Of a stretch of DNA of 64,000 bases, positions 1-12,159 are shown piece after piece (within the stretch, counting starts at the first letter, position 1; each line of letters begins with the position of its first letter). The position numbers and the translations under genes were made by a program. Location: positions 73,841,399 through 73,905,398 of the forward strand of contig NC_057711.1 of assembly GCF_004010195.1 (NCBI RefSeq). Reading direction: 5' to 3'. Under the pieces are notes generated by a model that saw only the letters and a list, made by a program, of their open reading frames with translations, had not been told where the DNA came from and searched no databases. The DNA comes from Chiloscyllium plagiosum (Eukaryota).

Positions 1-199
1 AAAAGCAAGACAAATCCAACACAGTCAATTACAATCCCATTGTAAAGAGAACAAAAACTCAATAAAATCATTACCAAACTGCCTACCGGAGATGCTTGTG
101 TCCATGATGATGTCCATGTATTGGTAGGAGTGATTACTGCACAGCCTTGTAGGGGCAAAGTCCTGTCTTCAAATTAAGAATCCAACATGTCGTGTGGAG

Positions 200-1916
200 C
201 AATTACCATTGTAAATGGGATAGAATTCAAACAGATTGAACAACATTGGGCATCCTTGTGGCACAGTGAGCTACCTGCAGTATCCAAATTGTATTTCAAC
301 ACAATCTGCAACCTAATGGATTGGCATATGCCCCTCTCTAACATTGCTATCAAGCAAAGGGATCAACAGTAGTTCAGTGAAGAGTATGAGAGGATCAGAA
401 GCAGCTCCAGGGATGCATAAGAAAAAGAAGTGGTCTCCTTGAGTGCCAAACAGCATAAGCAGCATTTGAGAGTGAGAGCTAATCAAATCCACAACCAATG
501 CTATGGATTTAAGCTCTTCAGTCCTGTCACATCCAGTTTTGAATGACATTGGACAATTATCACCATCCTCAATATTGACAGCATCTATGAGACTGGGACA
601 AAGTTAATGTTTCGAGTCCGATTTGACTCTCCAGAAAACCAACTGGTGATGCTACAACAAAGGGCCACTTCCAAGTCAAACAATGGAAGCAGAATACCAT
701 AGTCAGTGTTAAGTGATCCCGTAAACAAAAATCAGATCTTAGTTCTACAGTCTTGTCATGTCCAGTAATGAATGGTGGTGGACAATTCAACAACAAGCAG
801 GAAGAGGAGGTTCCACAATTATCATGATAGTCAATGATGGGGGAGTCCAGCACAGCAGCACAAAAGTTAAAACTGAAATATTCACAATAATTTTCAGTCA
901 GAAGTGCCAAGTGAATGATTCATCATGGTCTCCTCAGCATTACAGATGCCAGTCTTCACCCAATTGGATTCACTCCACAAATATCAAACAATGGCTGAAG
1001 GCATTTGATACTACAGAGACTATGGGCTCCAGCAACATTCATACAATAAAACTGCAGGCTTGTGTTCCAGAATTTGCCATTTCCTGGCCAAATTGTTCCA
1101 GTACATTGACAACATAGGTATCTACCTGACATGTGGAAAATTACCCAGGTATATCCTGTACACAAAAAGCAGAACAAAACCAACCTGAAACAATTACTAC
1201 CCTATTTTGTCTAGTCTCAATCACCAGTAAGTGGTGGAAAGGGTCATCAACAGTGCTATTAATCAGCACTTACATGGCAATAACCTGTTCAGTACCATTT
1301 CATTTGAGTTCTGCCAGGTCCACTCAACTCCTGGCCTCATTATAGACTTGGTTCAAACATGGACCAAATGGCTGAATTTGGGAGATGAGGAGACAGTGAC
1401 TGCCCATGACTTCAAAACTGTATTTGTCCAAGTCAAGGAGCCATGGCAAAACTAGAGTTAATGGGGATCAGAAGCGAACTCTCTTCTGGGGCATCATACA
1501 TAGTATAAAAGAAGATGTTTGGACTGTTGGAGATTCAGCTCCAAGACATACATGGAGGAGTTCCTCAGGGTAGTGTCCTAGACCCAATCACCTTCAGATG
1601 CTGCATTCACGATCTTCTTTCCATCATAAGATCAGGCATGGGCATATTCACTGATGATTTCATAATGTTCAGCACTATTTGCAACTCTCAGATACTGAAG
1701 CAGTGAGATCTGAACAATAATTAGATCTGAGCTAACAAGTGGCAAGTTACATTTGCACTATGCAAGTACTAGGGCATAGCCATCTCCAACAAGGAATAAG
1801 CTAAACATCCACCTTCAACAATACCATCACCAAACCCCCACTACCAATGTTCTGGTGGTTGCCGTTGACACGAAACTGAACTCAACTATCCATACCAACG
1901 TAGTGTGAGAGGCCAG
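200..1916 (+). mobile_element. Decayed CR1/L2-group LINE, RT region (left part; continues at 5126)
   Basis: Translated fragments WKITQVYPVHKKQNKTNLKQL (~1133) and GVPQGSVLDPITFRCCIHDL...GIFTDD (ORF 1515-1706) are non-LTR RT motifs; frameshifts and stops throughout. Confidence 0.8.
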
Positions 1917-1920
1917 AGTG

Positions 1921-2224
1921 ATTAGATTAGATTACCTACAGTGTGTAAACAGGCCCTTCGGCCTAATAAGACCACATCGACCCTCCAAAGGGTAACCCAC
2001 CCAGATCCATTCACCTACTAATGCATCTATCTCTATGGGCAATTTAGCATGGCCAATTCACCTGACCCACACATTTTTGGACTGTGGGAGGAAACCAGAG
2101 CACCCAGAGGAAACCCACACAGACACTGGGAGAATGTGCAAACTCCACGCAGACAGTCGCCCAAGGCTGGAATTGAACCCAGGTCCCTGGTGATGCGAGG
2201 CAGCATGAGCCACTGTGCAGCCCT
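1921..2224 (-). mobile_element. tRNA-derived SINE (HE1-like elasmobranch SINE)
   Basis: B-box GGTTCAATTCC on the minus strand at 2169-2179, typical body (gtgtgggtttcctctgggtgctctggtttcctccca) and a short repeat tail (attagattagatt); homologous to copies at 13.2, 32.0 and 53.9 kb. Confidence 0.85.
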
Positions 2225-2225
2225 C

Positions 2226-3351
2226 AGTGTGGTGCTGAAAATGCACAGCAGGTCAGGCAGCATCCAAGGAGCAGGAGAATCGATGTTTCAGGCAAGAGCT
2301 CTTCATCAAGTATGAGGCTTGTGACCGGAGGGAGTAGAGAAATAAATGGGAGGTGGGGGGTGAGGCTGGGGGGAAGGTAACTGAGTGTGCGATAGGTAGA
2401 TTGAAGTGGGGCTAATGGTGCTAGGTCAGAGAGGAGGCTGGAGCAGTTAGGTGTGAAGGAATATGGACAGGTGGGACAGGTCATGAGGTTAGTTCTGAGC
2501 TGGAAGGTTGGAACTGGGATAAGGTGAGGGGAGGGGAAATGAGGAAACTGGTGAAGTCCATATTGATGCCGTGATGCAGAAGATGAAGCGTTCTTCCTCC
2601 AGGAGTCAGGTGATCAGGGTGTGGCAATAGAGGAGGCCCAGGACCTGCATATCCTTGGCGGAGTGGGAGGGCGAGTTAAAGTGTTCAGCCACGCGGTGGT
2701 GTGGTTGTTTAGTGTGAGTATGCTGGAGATGTTCTCTGAGTCTCTGCAAGTAGGCATCTTGTCTCCCCACTGTAGAGGAGACCACATCGGGAGCAAGGAT
2801 ACAGTAAATGACATGTGTGGAAGTGCAGGTAAAACTGATGGATGTGGAAGGCTCCTTTGGGGCCTTGGGTGGAGGTGAGGGGGTAAGCATGGGCGCAGGT
2901 TGTGCAATTCCTGCGGTGGCAGGGGAAGGTGTTCTGTACTAGTTGTGGTTGGAGGGGTGGGGTTCGAGGGCGGGAGATGTGGGAAGTGGATGAGAAATGC
3001 TGGAGGGCATCATCAACCCTGTGAGAGGGGAAATTGTAGTCTCCGAAGAAGGAGGCCATCTGGTGTGCTCTGTGGTGGAACTGGTCCTCCTGGGAGCAGA
3101 TGCGGCAGAGACGGAGGAATTGGAAATAAGGGATAACATTTTTACAGAAGGCAGTGTGGGAGAAGGTGTTGTCCAGGTAGCTGTGGGAGTCGGTGGGTTT
3201 GTAGAAGATGTCCGTGTCGAGTTGGTCACCGTTGATGGAGATGGAGAGGCCCAGGAAGTGGGGGGAGGTGTCTGAGATGGTCCAGGTGAACTTAAGGTCA
3301 GGGTGGAATGTTTTGGTGAAGTTGATGAACAGTTCAACCTCCTTGTGGGAG
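2226..3351 (-). mobile_element. Penelope-like element (Neptune-type), inverted 3' copy: RT thumb, Cys linker, GIY-YIG endonuclease, 3' end
   Basis: Minus-strand peptides TFPCHRRNCTTC, FTCTSTHVIYC, CSRCGLLYSGET, REHLQH...VAEHFNSPSH; reverse-complement homolog of 3785-5085. Confidence 0.88.
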
Positions 3352-5125
3352 TATTATCCTATCCTCCCAGTCCAGGAACTCCCCACGTACATTTGGGACG
3401 CCACCTAAGCCCTCCATTTCCTCCAAGACTTTTGTTTCCCTGGCTCCCAACACCTCATCTTCACTATGGACATCCAGTCCCCATACACCTCTATCCGCCA
3501 TGACAAAGGCCTCCAAGCCCTCCATTCTTCCACTCCCTGTGTCCTCATCAGTACCTCTCCAGTGACGCTCTCTTTCATTTAGCTGAACTTGTCCTCACTC
3601 TCAATAATTTCTCCTTTGAATCCCCACACTTTCTCCAGACGAAAGGGGTAGCCATGGGCACCCACATGGGCCCAGCTGTCGCTTTGTTGGTTACGTGGAA
3701 CAGTCCATCTTCTGCAGTTACACCGGCACCATTCCCCACCTTTTCCTCCACTACATTGCTGATTGTACTGGCGCCACCTCGAGCTTCCACGAGGAGGTTG
3801 AACAGTTCATCAACTTCACCAACACATTCCATTGAGACCTTAAATTCACCTGGACCATCTCAGACACCTCCCTCCCTTCCTGGACCTCTCCATCAGCATC
3901 AACAGTGACCAGCTCAACATGGACATCTTCTACAAACCCACCGACTCCCACAGCTACCTGCAGGACACCTGCCTCCTATAAAATGCTATGCCTTATTCCC
4001 AATTCCTCCGCCTCCACTGCATATACCCCCAGAAGGACCAGTTCCACCACAGAGCACTCCAGATGGCTTCCTTCTTCAAAGACCGCAATTTCCCCTCCCA
4101 GGTGGTTGATTATGACTGTGCACTTCCCACACCTCCGCCCTTGAACTGCACCCCTCCAACGTCAACAAGGACAGAACACTCCTCGTTCTCACCTTCCACA
4201 CCACCAACCTCCATATTGATCGCATCATCCTCAGCCATTTCCGCCACCTACAATGGACTCCACCACCAGAGATACATTCCCCTTCCCACTCCTATCTCTT
4301 TTCCGGAAAGACCGTTCCTCTGCAACTCCATCATCAGGTCCATGCCCCCCACCAAACCACCCTTCCATCTCGGCACTTTCCCCTTCCAACGCAGGAATTG
4401 CAAAACTTGTGCCCACATCTCACCCCTCCGCTCCATCCAAGGCCTCAAAGGAGCCTTCCAAATCCATCAGAGTTTTACCTGCACTTCCACACATATCATT
4501 TGCTGTATCCGTTGCAGTCTTCTCCACATGGGGGAGACAGGATGCCTACTTGCAGAGCGCTTCAGAGAACATCTCCAGGATACCTGTATCAACCAACCCC
4601 ACCGGCCTGTGCCTGAACACTTCAACTCCTCCTCCCATTCCACCAAGAACATACAAGTCCGACCTCCTCCATCGCCATACCCTAACCACTCGATGTCTGG
4701 AGGAAGAATGCCTCATCTTCCACTTTGGGATCCTCCAACCACATGGCATCAATGTTGACTTCACCAGCATCTTCATTTCCCCTCCCCCAACTTATCCCAG
4801 TTCCAACAATTCCAATTTGGTACCGCCCTCATGACCTGTCCTACCTGTTCAACTTCCTTCCCACCTATCTGCTCCATCCTCTTCTCTGATATATCACCGT
4901 TACTCCCCACCTCCATCTACCTATTACACTCTCAGCTACCTTACCCCCAGCCCCACCCCCCCTCCCACTTATCTCTCTACCCCCCCCAGAAGCCTCATTC
5001 CTGATGAAGGGCTCTAGCCTGAAACGGCAATTCTCCTGCTCCTCAGATGCTGCCTGACCTGCTGTGCTTTTCCAGAATCACACTCTCAACTCTGATCTCC
5101 AGTATCTGCAATCCTCACTTTCTCC
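3352..5125 (+). mobile_element. Penelope-like element (Neptune-type), 5'-truncated RT + GIY-YIG pseudogene with 3' terminus
   Basis: RT motifs LIFTMDIQSPYTSI (~3455), LTLNNFSFESPHFLQTKGVAMGTHMGP (~3595-3675), FLHYIADC (decayed YIDD, ~3745); ORF 3988-4758 has PYSQFLRL, RRNCKTC, FTCTSTHIICCIRC..MGETGCLLAERFREH. Confidence 0.9.
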
Positions 5126-5650
5126 TAGTGTGAAAGGCCAGTTGAGAGGCTCGGATTATTGTTGTAAGTAATCCATTTCATGACTCCTCAAAAATCTGAC
5201 AACTATCTACAAGGTACAAATCAGGAGTGTGATGGAATACTCCCCACTTGTCTGGATGGGTACAACTTCAACAATGCACCAAGACAAAGCAGCCTGTGTG
5301 ATTGATGCCACATCCACAAACATTCACTCCTTCTACCAATGATGCACACTAGCAATGTAGAAATTCGCCAAGGCTCTTTACCTATCACTTTCAAAACTCA
5401 CGCTAACTACCAAGTCAAAGGACAGGAGTAGCAGATACACAGGGACACCAACATCATAAGATCATTTACAAGCCACACACCATTCCGACTTGGAAATATA
5501 TTGCATTCCTTCAGTGTCACTATGTCAAATCCTGAAACACCCTCCATAATAGCACTGTTGATGAACGTGCATCAAAGTAGACAATTAGGAATGGGCAATG
5601 AATACAGCTTAGCAAGTGAATACCACATCCAAAATTGAGAGAATAAAAAT
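5126..5650 (+). mobile_element. 3' end of the CR1/L2-group LINE interrupted at 1916
   Basis: Continues with TIYKVQIRSVMEYSPLVW-like sequence and the tail caattaggaatgggcaatgaatacagcttagc; resumes after a 16-bp TSD. Confidence 0.75.
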
Positions 5651-7156
5651 AAATGAAATTAAATAAACAGCCCGCTTTGAGATTTCTGCCTTTGTGATCC
5701 ATTTTAGGACAGTTTTATTGGTAAAGATTATTATGTGAAAGAACCGTGAATAATGGACCTGTAGTGCCTTACAAATATGTGGCAATAGGTTACAAAGCAA
5801 ATAATTTGTTTTTCTTTCCTTGGATCATGTGGTATGTTCCTATTACTAGGTGAGATGCACTTTCATTGGGAAACTAAAGTGCATGTCCTCTTGGGACTGT
5901 TTGACTTCATGGTGGCTATGTGGAACTGTCTGGCTTGTTGGCCTGTTGCAATAATGTAATGTCATCTGCATCTGATGAGAGATCATAAAGGTAAGTATAG
6001 ACTTTGGCATGCATGATGTGTACCTGTAGTCATAATATCATCAATGTAGGAATGGTATCAACATGAATTTAAAGCTGAGTAGATCGATTGTTGTCTTGCC
6101 ATAAATCACCACTTAATAAATAGATTCCTCTTTGCAAATGATTTCCATTCAGTACTGTCATTGTTTTCTCTAATAGATTCCCATGACTGCATTTATAATA
6201 GAATTCGCTTTTGTAAACATATGATGCAATTACATCTTCCTGACCATAGTGGCACTGTAGCACTTTAGTTTTTCATATCCAGCACATCAGCCTGCAATTC
6301 AGAGAAATTCTGCTCATTTCCAACATGCCATAAATGGAATACTGTGTACAATTTTCAGCTCTGCATTTGAGAAAAGACGTTCTCACAAGATTTATTCATA
6401 AATCCCGAGTTGAGGACGCTGTTCTAAGTTAAGAAGCTCAACAACTTGGGTCTGTATTCTCTGGTCCTTGAAACATATAATATTTTGAAGGAGGATAGTA
6501 AATATTGAGAGATTGGTTCTGCTGGTCAGACAATCTAAAATGCAGAGACACCGAGCAGAATTTTTCACTGCTTTATGCAGTATGGTCAATGATGGGTAAG
6601 GTTGGAAAATGCCATGAGCATGAAAAGAATCAGATTTCCAACATCAAGAAAACATTTCCAACTTTCACCTCAACGTTTAAGTTCTGATTCTCGTTAATAA
6701 ATGGTGACTACCTTATTTCCATGTGTTTGCATCTTATTATTAGCGAATCTTACCTGCTCTTTATGCAGCTCCCAATTCTCCCATTAGTCACAGGGTGCCA
6801 CCAGGTATAGTCAAGGGACTTGTCCAGTCTCAGCCCACAGATTTGGCCATGATTATCAGCCACTTGTTCCAATTAGAGTCCAGGGATCAGTGGCCTAGCC
6901 ATGTGGAATTGGGCCACGGTCATTCAGGGAAAAGAGGCATGTCAGTCAGAGACAGAGCCACACTCAGTTGAGGCTGACCATCCAGGTTATTCCGAGGAGG
7001 CGTGCCACTATCAGGTTTTGGGTATTAGTTGTCTAGGTCTTACCATGGAGCCATCTGTACAGTTCTGGGAATAGTAGGAAGCTCAAATCTCGGGTTTAGG
7101 TTCATTGGACTGCGCTGCTGAGGGAATGGTGATGGTGAAAGTGGGCAATTCCAGAT

Positions 7157-7377
7157 ACAAGGTAAAAACAATGACTGCAGATGCTGGAAACCAGATTCTG
7201 GATCAGTGGTGCTGGAAGAGCACAGCAATTCAGGCAGCATCCGAGGACAGGCAAAATCGACGTTTCGGGCAAAAGCCCTTCATCAGGAATTTTATTCCTG
7301 ATGAAGGGCTTTTGCCCGAAACGTCGATTTTGCCTGTCCTCGGATGCTGCCTGAATTGCTGTGCTCTCCCAGCACCA
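7157..7377. mobile_element. Penelope-derived fold-back mini-element (84-bp arms)
   Basis: 7207-7290 and 7294-7377 are reverse complements (83/84 by eye) around a TTT loop; sequence is homologous to the Penelope 3' end at 4997-5125. Confidence 0.9.
7294..7329 (+). ncRNA. Minimal type I hammerhead ribozyme motif (putative)
   Basis: CUGAUGA 7298-7304, stem II GGGC-UUUU-GCCC, GAAA 7318-7321, then CGUC (predicted cleavage after 7325); a mirror copy lies on the minus strand at 7255-7290. Confidence 0.75.
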
Positions 7378-7983
7378 GGGGGGGGGGGGGAGTCTGCAGA
7401 AGATGGGGTGGGTGGTTGGGGAATGATTTTCACAATTCACAATTTTCCTAACCTCAATAAAAGAGAGTGTATGACTTGAAAAAGCCATGTGTTCAGGGAA
7501 GAAGTGGGAACCATTAATAGTAACATAAAACAGTTGACCAGAAATGAGAGGAGGCTGAAAAATCATTGGGGACAGAAACACAAAACATAAAGAAAGCAGT
7601 AGTAGGGGGCTGGGCAAATTGTTGTTACTCTCAGGCAGGGAATGTGATTCACCAGGGCACAAAGTTAAAACCTTGTCATCTTCACACCAACGTCAACTTC
7701 ACAATTTGAGAGAAACTTGCTGTAGCCACCTACTACAGCAGGTGGACTAAGTTACTGTGTGTTTCTCTTTATGGATGGAGTGTAATTCTTTGCTTGTGTG
7801 GCCCTACAAGGGATCTGTATGAATCAATGATAACCTCATCTGCCATCAAACTGAATTACATTTGACAGGTCATTCTTTTGGCAACAATTACCATGTCCTC
7901 AAACAACCATGACTGTGACATACCTTGCATCATTGCCCCTGTCATTTCAGATATCCACAGCTACGCATACACTAACTTTCTCA

Positions 7984-8483
7984 NNNNNNNNNNNNNNNNN
8001 NNNNNNNNNNNNNNNNNNNNNNNNNNNNNNNNNNNNNNNNNNNNNNNNNNNNNNNNNNNNNNNNNNNNNNNNNNNNNNNNNNNNNNNNNNNNNNNNNNNN
8101 NNNNNNNNNNNNNNNNNNNNNNNNNNNNNNNNNNNNNNNNNNNNNNNNNNNNNNNNNNNNNNNNNNNNNNNNNNNNNNNNNNNNNNNNNNNNNNNNNNNN
8201 NNNNNNNNNNNNNNNNNNNNNNNNNNNNNNNNNNNNNNNNNNNNNNNNNNNNNNNNNNNNNNNNNNNNNNNNNNNNNNNNNNNNNNNNNNNNNNNNNNNN
8301 NNNNNNNNNNNNNNNNNNNNNNNNNNNNNNNNNNNNNNNNNNNNNNNNNNNNNNNNNNNNNNNNNNNNNNNNNNNNNNNNNNNNNNNNNNNNNNNNNNNN
8401 NNNNNNNNNNNNNNNNNNNNNNNNNNNNNNNNNNNNNNNNNNNNNNNNNNNNNNNNNNNNNNNNNNNNNNNNNNNNNNNNNNN
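7984..8483. other. Assembly gap (500 N)
   Basis: Run of 500 N; the round length suggests a scaffolding spacer. Confidence 0.99.
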
Positions 8484-9950
8484 GCAGTAAGGGGCTGAGT
8501 ACGCACCCCTGGAGGGCTGCAGTGTTGAGTGTTAGTGAGGATGCAATATTGTCGTCTGTCTTCACTGATTGTGGCCTGTGGGTCAGGAAACTGAGGATCC
8601 AGTTGCAGAGAGTGGGGCTTAGTCTGAGATTACTAAATTTAGTAATTAGTCTCGATGGGATAGTAGTGTTGAAGGCTGAACTGTAGTCAATGAGTAGGTT
8701 TCTTACGTAGCTGTTCTTGGTGTCAAGATGTTCTCGGGAGGAGTGATAATGGCATTTGACGTGGATCTGTTGATCCGATAGACAAATTGAAGTGGGTCAA
8801 AAGTAGTGGGGAGACTGGAGTTGATTAATGCCATGACCAGCCTTTCAAAGCACTTCATGACCACCGAAGTTAGGGCCACTGGGTGGTAATCATTGAGACA
8901 TGCTGCATGAGCCTTCTGATGTTGGCCCTCTTGAAACAGGCAGGGAGAGTGGCCTGCTGCAGGGAGAGGTTGAAGATGTCCGAGAAGACCTCTGCCAGTT
9001 GATCTGCGCATGCTCTGAGTGCACGACTTGGTACTCCGTCTGATCCCATTGTTTTCCTTGGATTCACATGAATGAAAACTGATCTGACTTCTGCTGCAGT
9101 GACTGTTGGGATAGGTTCATCAGGACTTGTTGGAATACGTGTTACATCTCCACCGAAATTCTGCTCAAAGTGAGCATAGAAGGCATTGAGATGATCTGGG
9201 AGGGATATGTCATCATTTGCTATCTTGCACTGTCTCTTTTAGAACCTGTGATGTCATTCAGTCCTTGCCATAGTCGCTGGGTGGCTGTCTGAGTCTCTAG
9301 TTTGTATCGGTATTGGTCCTTGGCTATGCTAATGGCTCTGCGAAGGTCATACTTGGATTCTTTATATTAGAGTGGGCCTCCTGATCTGAAGGCCTCATTC
9401 CTAGTTTTTTGCAGGTTCTGTGTGTCCTGATTCATCCAGGGTCTCCTGTTGGGGAACACCTGGATTGACTTCCTCGGTATGCGGTCCTCCCCATACTTGC
9501 TGATAAAGTCTGTGACAGTGGGGTCGTACTCATCCAAGGTACCTGTGGGCTGTTTGAACATGGCCCAATCAGCTGATTCAAGACAGCACCGGAGTTGATC
9601 CTGTGCCTCCTCTGACCAGCACTGGACCTGTATCCATGAGGGGGTCTCCTGCTTGAGCTTTTGCCTGCAAGCCGGGAGAAGAAACACAGCATTGTGGTCG
9701 GAGTTTCCGAAATGAGGGCGGGGGATGGAGCGGTAGGCCTCTTTCACAGTGATGTAGCAGTGGTCTGAAATGCTCGGGCCCCTGGTGGGGCAGGTAATGT
9801 TCTGGTGGTAGTTGGACAACACCTTCCTTAGATTGATTTGATTGAAGTCATCAGTTACAATAAACAGGGCCTCGGGGTGTTCCAGGGTGTTCATGGTGGA
9901 GTGCAGCACATCCAGCGCTTCCTCACCGTTGCTTGTGGTGATATGCACGG
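8484..9950 (-). mobile_element. Rex1/Babar-like non-LTR retrotransposon fragment (endonuclease C-terminus to RT)
   Basis: Peptides [92 protein letters not shown]; cut by the gap. Confidence 0.88.
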
Positions 9951-12159
9951 TGGTAAAATCCCATAATCAGGAAAAGATGAAATCAGGACAGTCCTTAAAT
10001 CTGAAATGATTGAAGTTCCATGGCAATCAGGGTCTTAAAAATCCAAAAGTCAAAATATTCACAATGTTGGGTTCCAGGTGCCTCAGCATCCATAGAAGGT
10101 GGTCTTCTCATTTCCACAGATTTCATCTCCATTTGGTTGATAATACATTTGCATTGAACATCTTCTCTGAATGTTGCTTGGATGTTGTAATTTATCCTGA
10201 GATCGTTATCATGCTCAATTTGCTGAAAATTTGGTGTTAACATGGAGTAATAGTTTCTGCTGTCTAACAGCAATGTGAGTGTCCAAGAGATTGTCATGGA
10301 TAAAAGGTGAATTTCATTTTTTTCACTGGTCTGGAACATAGTTTTTGAAAATGTTTTATCTTCTACCTTTCTTTTCCCTTTTGCAAATACATTCCAATGT
10401 GTTTCTCCAAATCCTTTTTGTTCAGTCCAATTAAATATGACCCACAGAAATTCTTTCGGGTTAAATCAAAATAGAGTTAATTACTGCATTCAACATTCAA
10501 TACCCATGACTAAAGACACACAATTAGACATATACATGCACCCAAGAAAGAAAACAGAAAGGAAAGTTACAAATTACCTTAAAAAGTCAAGCATGTCAGA
10601 ATGATCTCACATGAATTAGAGAGTCAGGTAAGGCAATGACCATTGAAGTTATTCTAGTTTGTTATGCACCAGTGTCTAGTGCAGTGGTGTTTCTCAATTT
10701 CTTTTACCGTTTTGCAGATTTGAGACATTAAATTTGCAATCTTAAGCCAAGCATAAACTGATGCATCCATTTCCAACTTCTTTTCTGTTAATATTTGGCC
10801 CTTGTCTTCTTTAGATCCACTATGATGCCTTGTTCTTGAATTAGGTGACCTAGAAATTCAATTGTTGTTCTTGAGTGTTGGTACTTCTCATTTAGTACAA
10901 GGCTTCCATTTTGTAGTGCCTTTAACATGTCCCTGATTCATTGCTCATATTCCTTCTTCATTCATCATGCACAGGATATCATTCCTGCTTCCCTTTGAAT
11001 TCTTGACACTGTAAACTCTCTTATTTTGCAATTCAAAATGGTAGTGTGTTGAAGTAATACTGCCTGAATTATACAATAAACGCAAAGAGTAATTTTGAAT
11101 CATGGTCTTGGATCTTCACCAGAACCCATTGTTCACATACAATTTTGAAGAACTTGCTTGCTGCCAATTTTGCCAAATGTTGTGGACTGACAGTTGTGTT
11201 AGTTGTGTCACTAGCAATATCACCCCACTTTTGAGCATGCTGCTTGAGATATAACCTTTCTCATTCGAAGATAAGGAATTTTTCTGCATACATATGGGCT
11301 CAGTACATTCTTGAATAGTAATGTGACATGCCTACTTAATTTGCCTAAGTCTGTCAATAACTTTGGAAATTCTTGTTGATAATCTCTCCAATTTTCCTTC
11401 TGTAACCCAAAACAAAAGTAGAGAAGAAGGTAAACTTTAAGGGGAAACTGTCAGAATGGACAGTGAAATCCTTAAATATATAAAAAGAGCATGGTCAAAG
11501 TAAACTTAGGCTGGGAAATTTTGTAAATTCTGCCACCCTAGGAATCAGTCTGGTAAATCTTCGCTGCACTCCCTCTATAGCAATAACATCCTTCTTCGGA
11601 GACCAAAACTGTACACAATATTCCAGGTGTGGTGTCACAAGGCCCTGTATAATTGCAACAAGACTTCCTTGTTTCTGTACTTGAATTCTCTCACTATGGA
11701 AGCCAACATATCATTTGACTGTGTTACACGCTGTTGCATCTGCACGTTTACATTCAGTGACTGGTGTACAAGGACACCCAGGTCTCATTGCGCACTCCCC
11801 CTCTTATTTTATAGCCATTCGGATAATAATCTGCCTTCCTGTTTTTGCTACCAAAGCGGATAACTTCACATTTATCCACACTATACTGCATCTGCCAAGC
11901 ATTAGCCCACTCACTCAGCTTGTCCAAATCACATGGAAGCATCTTTGCATTCCCTTCATAGTTCACCCTCCCACCCAGCTTTATATCATCTGCAACTTGG
12001 AGATATTAAATTTAGTTCCCTCATGCAAATCATTTATTTGTGTTATGAAAAGCTCTGAACCAAGCTATTCTCCTGATCCCATACCTGTCATACCACAATA
12101 GCTTCTGCCCGCCATTTAGAAAATTCTTACGCTTTGATTCTTGTATGTCAACCAATTCT

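Noticed and set aside
3988..4758. 256-aa ORF as an active Penelope protein
   Set aside because: It drifts in and out of the true frame, and the upstream RT core is frameshifted with YIDD changed to YIAD.
7207..7377. Long hairpins as pre-miRNA genes or classical TIR MITEs
   Set aside because: The arms are Penelope 3' termini, are asymmetric, and sister copies have 12-14 bp TSDs, which fits retrotransposition. Small-RNA production is not excluded, but there is no evidence for it here.
7378..7390. G13 run as a G-quadruplex element
   Set aside because: A single homopolymer directly after a strong hairpin, where no TSD is visible; may be a sequencing or assembly artefact.
7878..8565. Long ORFs of 181-206 aa
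   Set aside because: Artefacts of translating through the 500-N gap.
9960..11450. Decayed LTR-retrotransposon pol fragments (also ~48.9-49.6, 60.6-60.9 and 63.0-63.9 kb)
   Set aside because: Only a vague resemblance; I could not read a diagnostic motif, so it is not reported as a feature.
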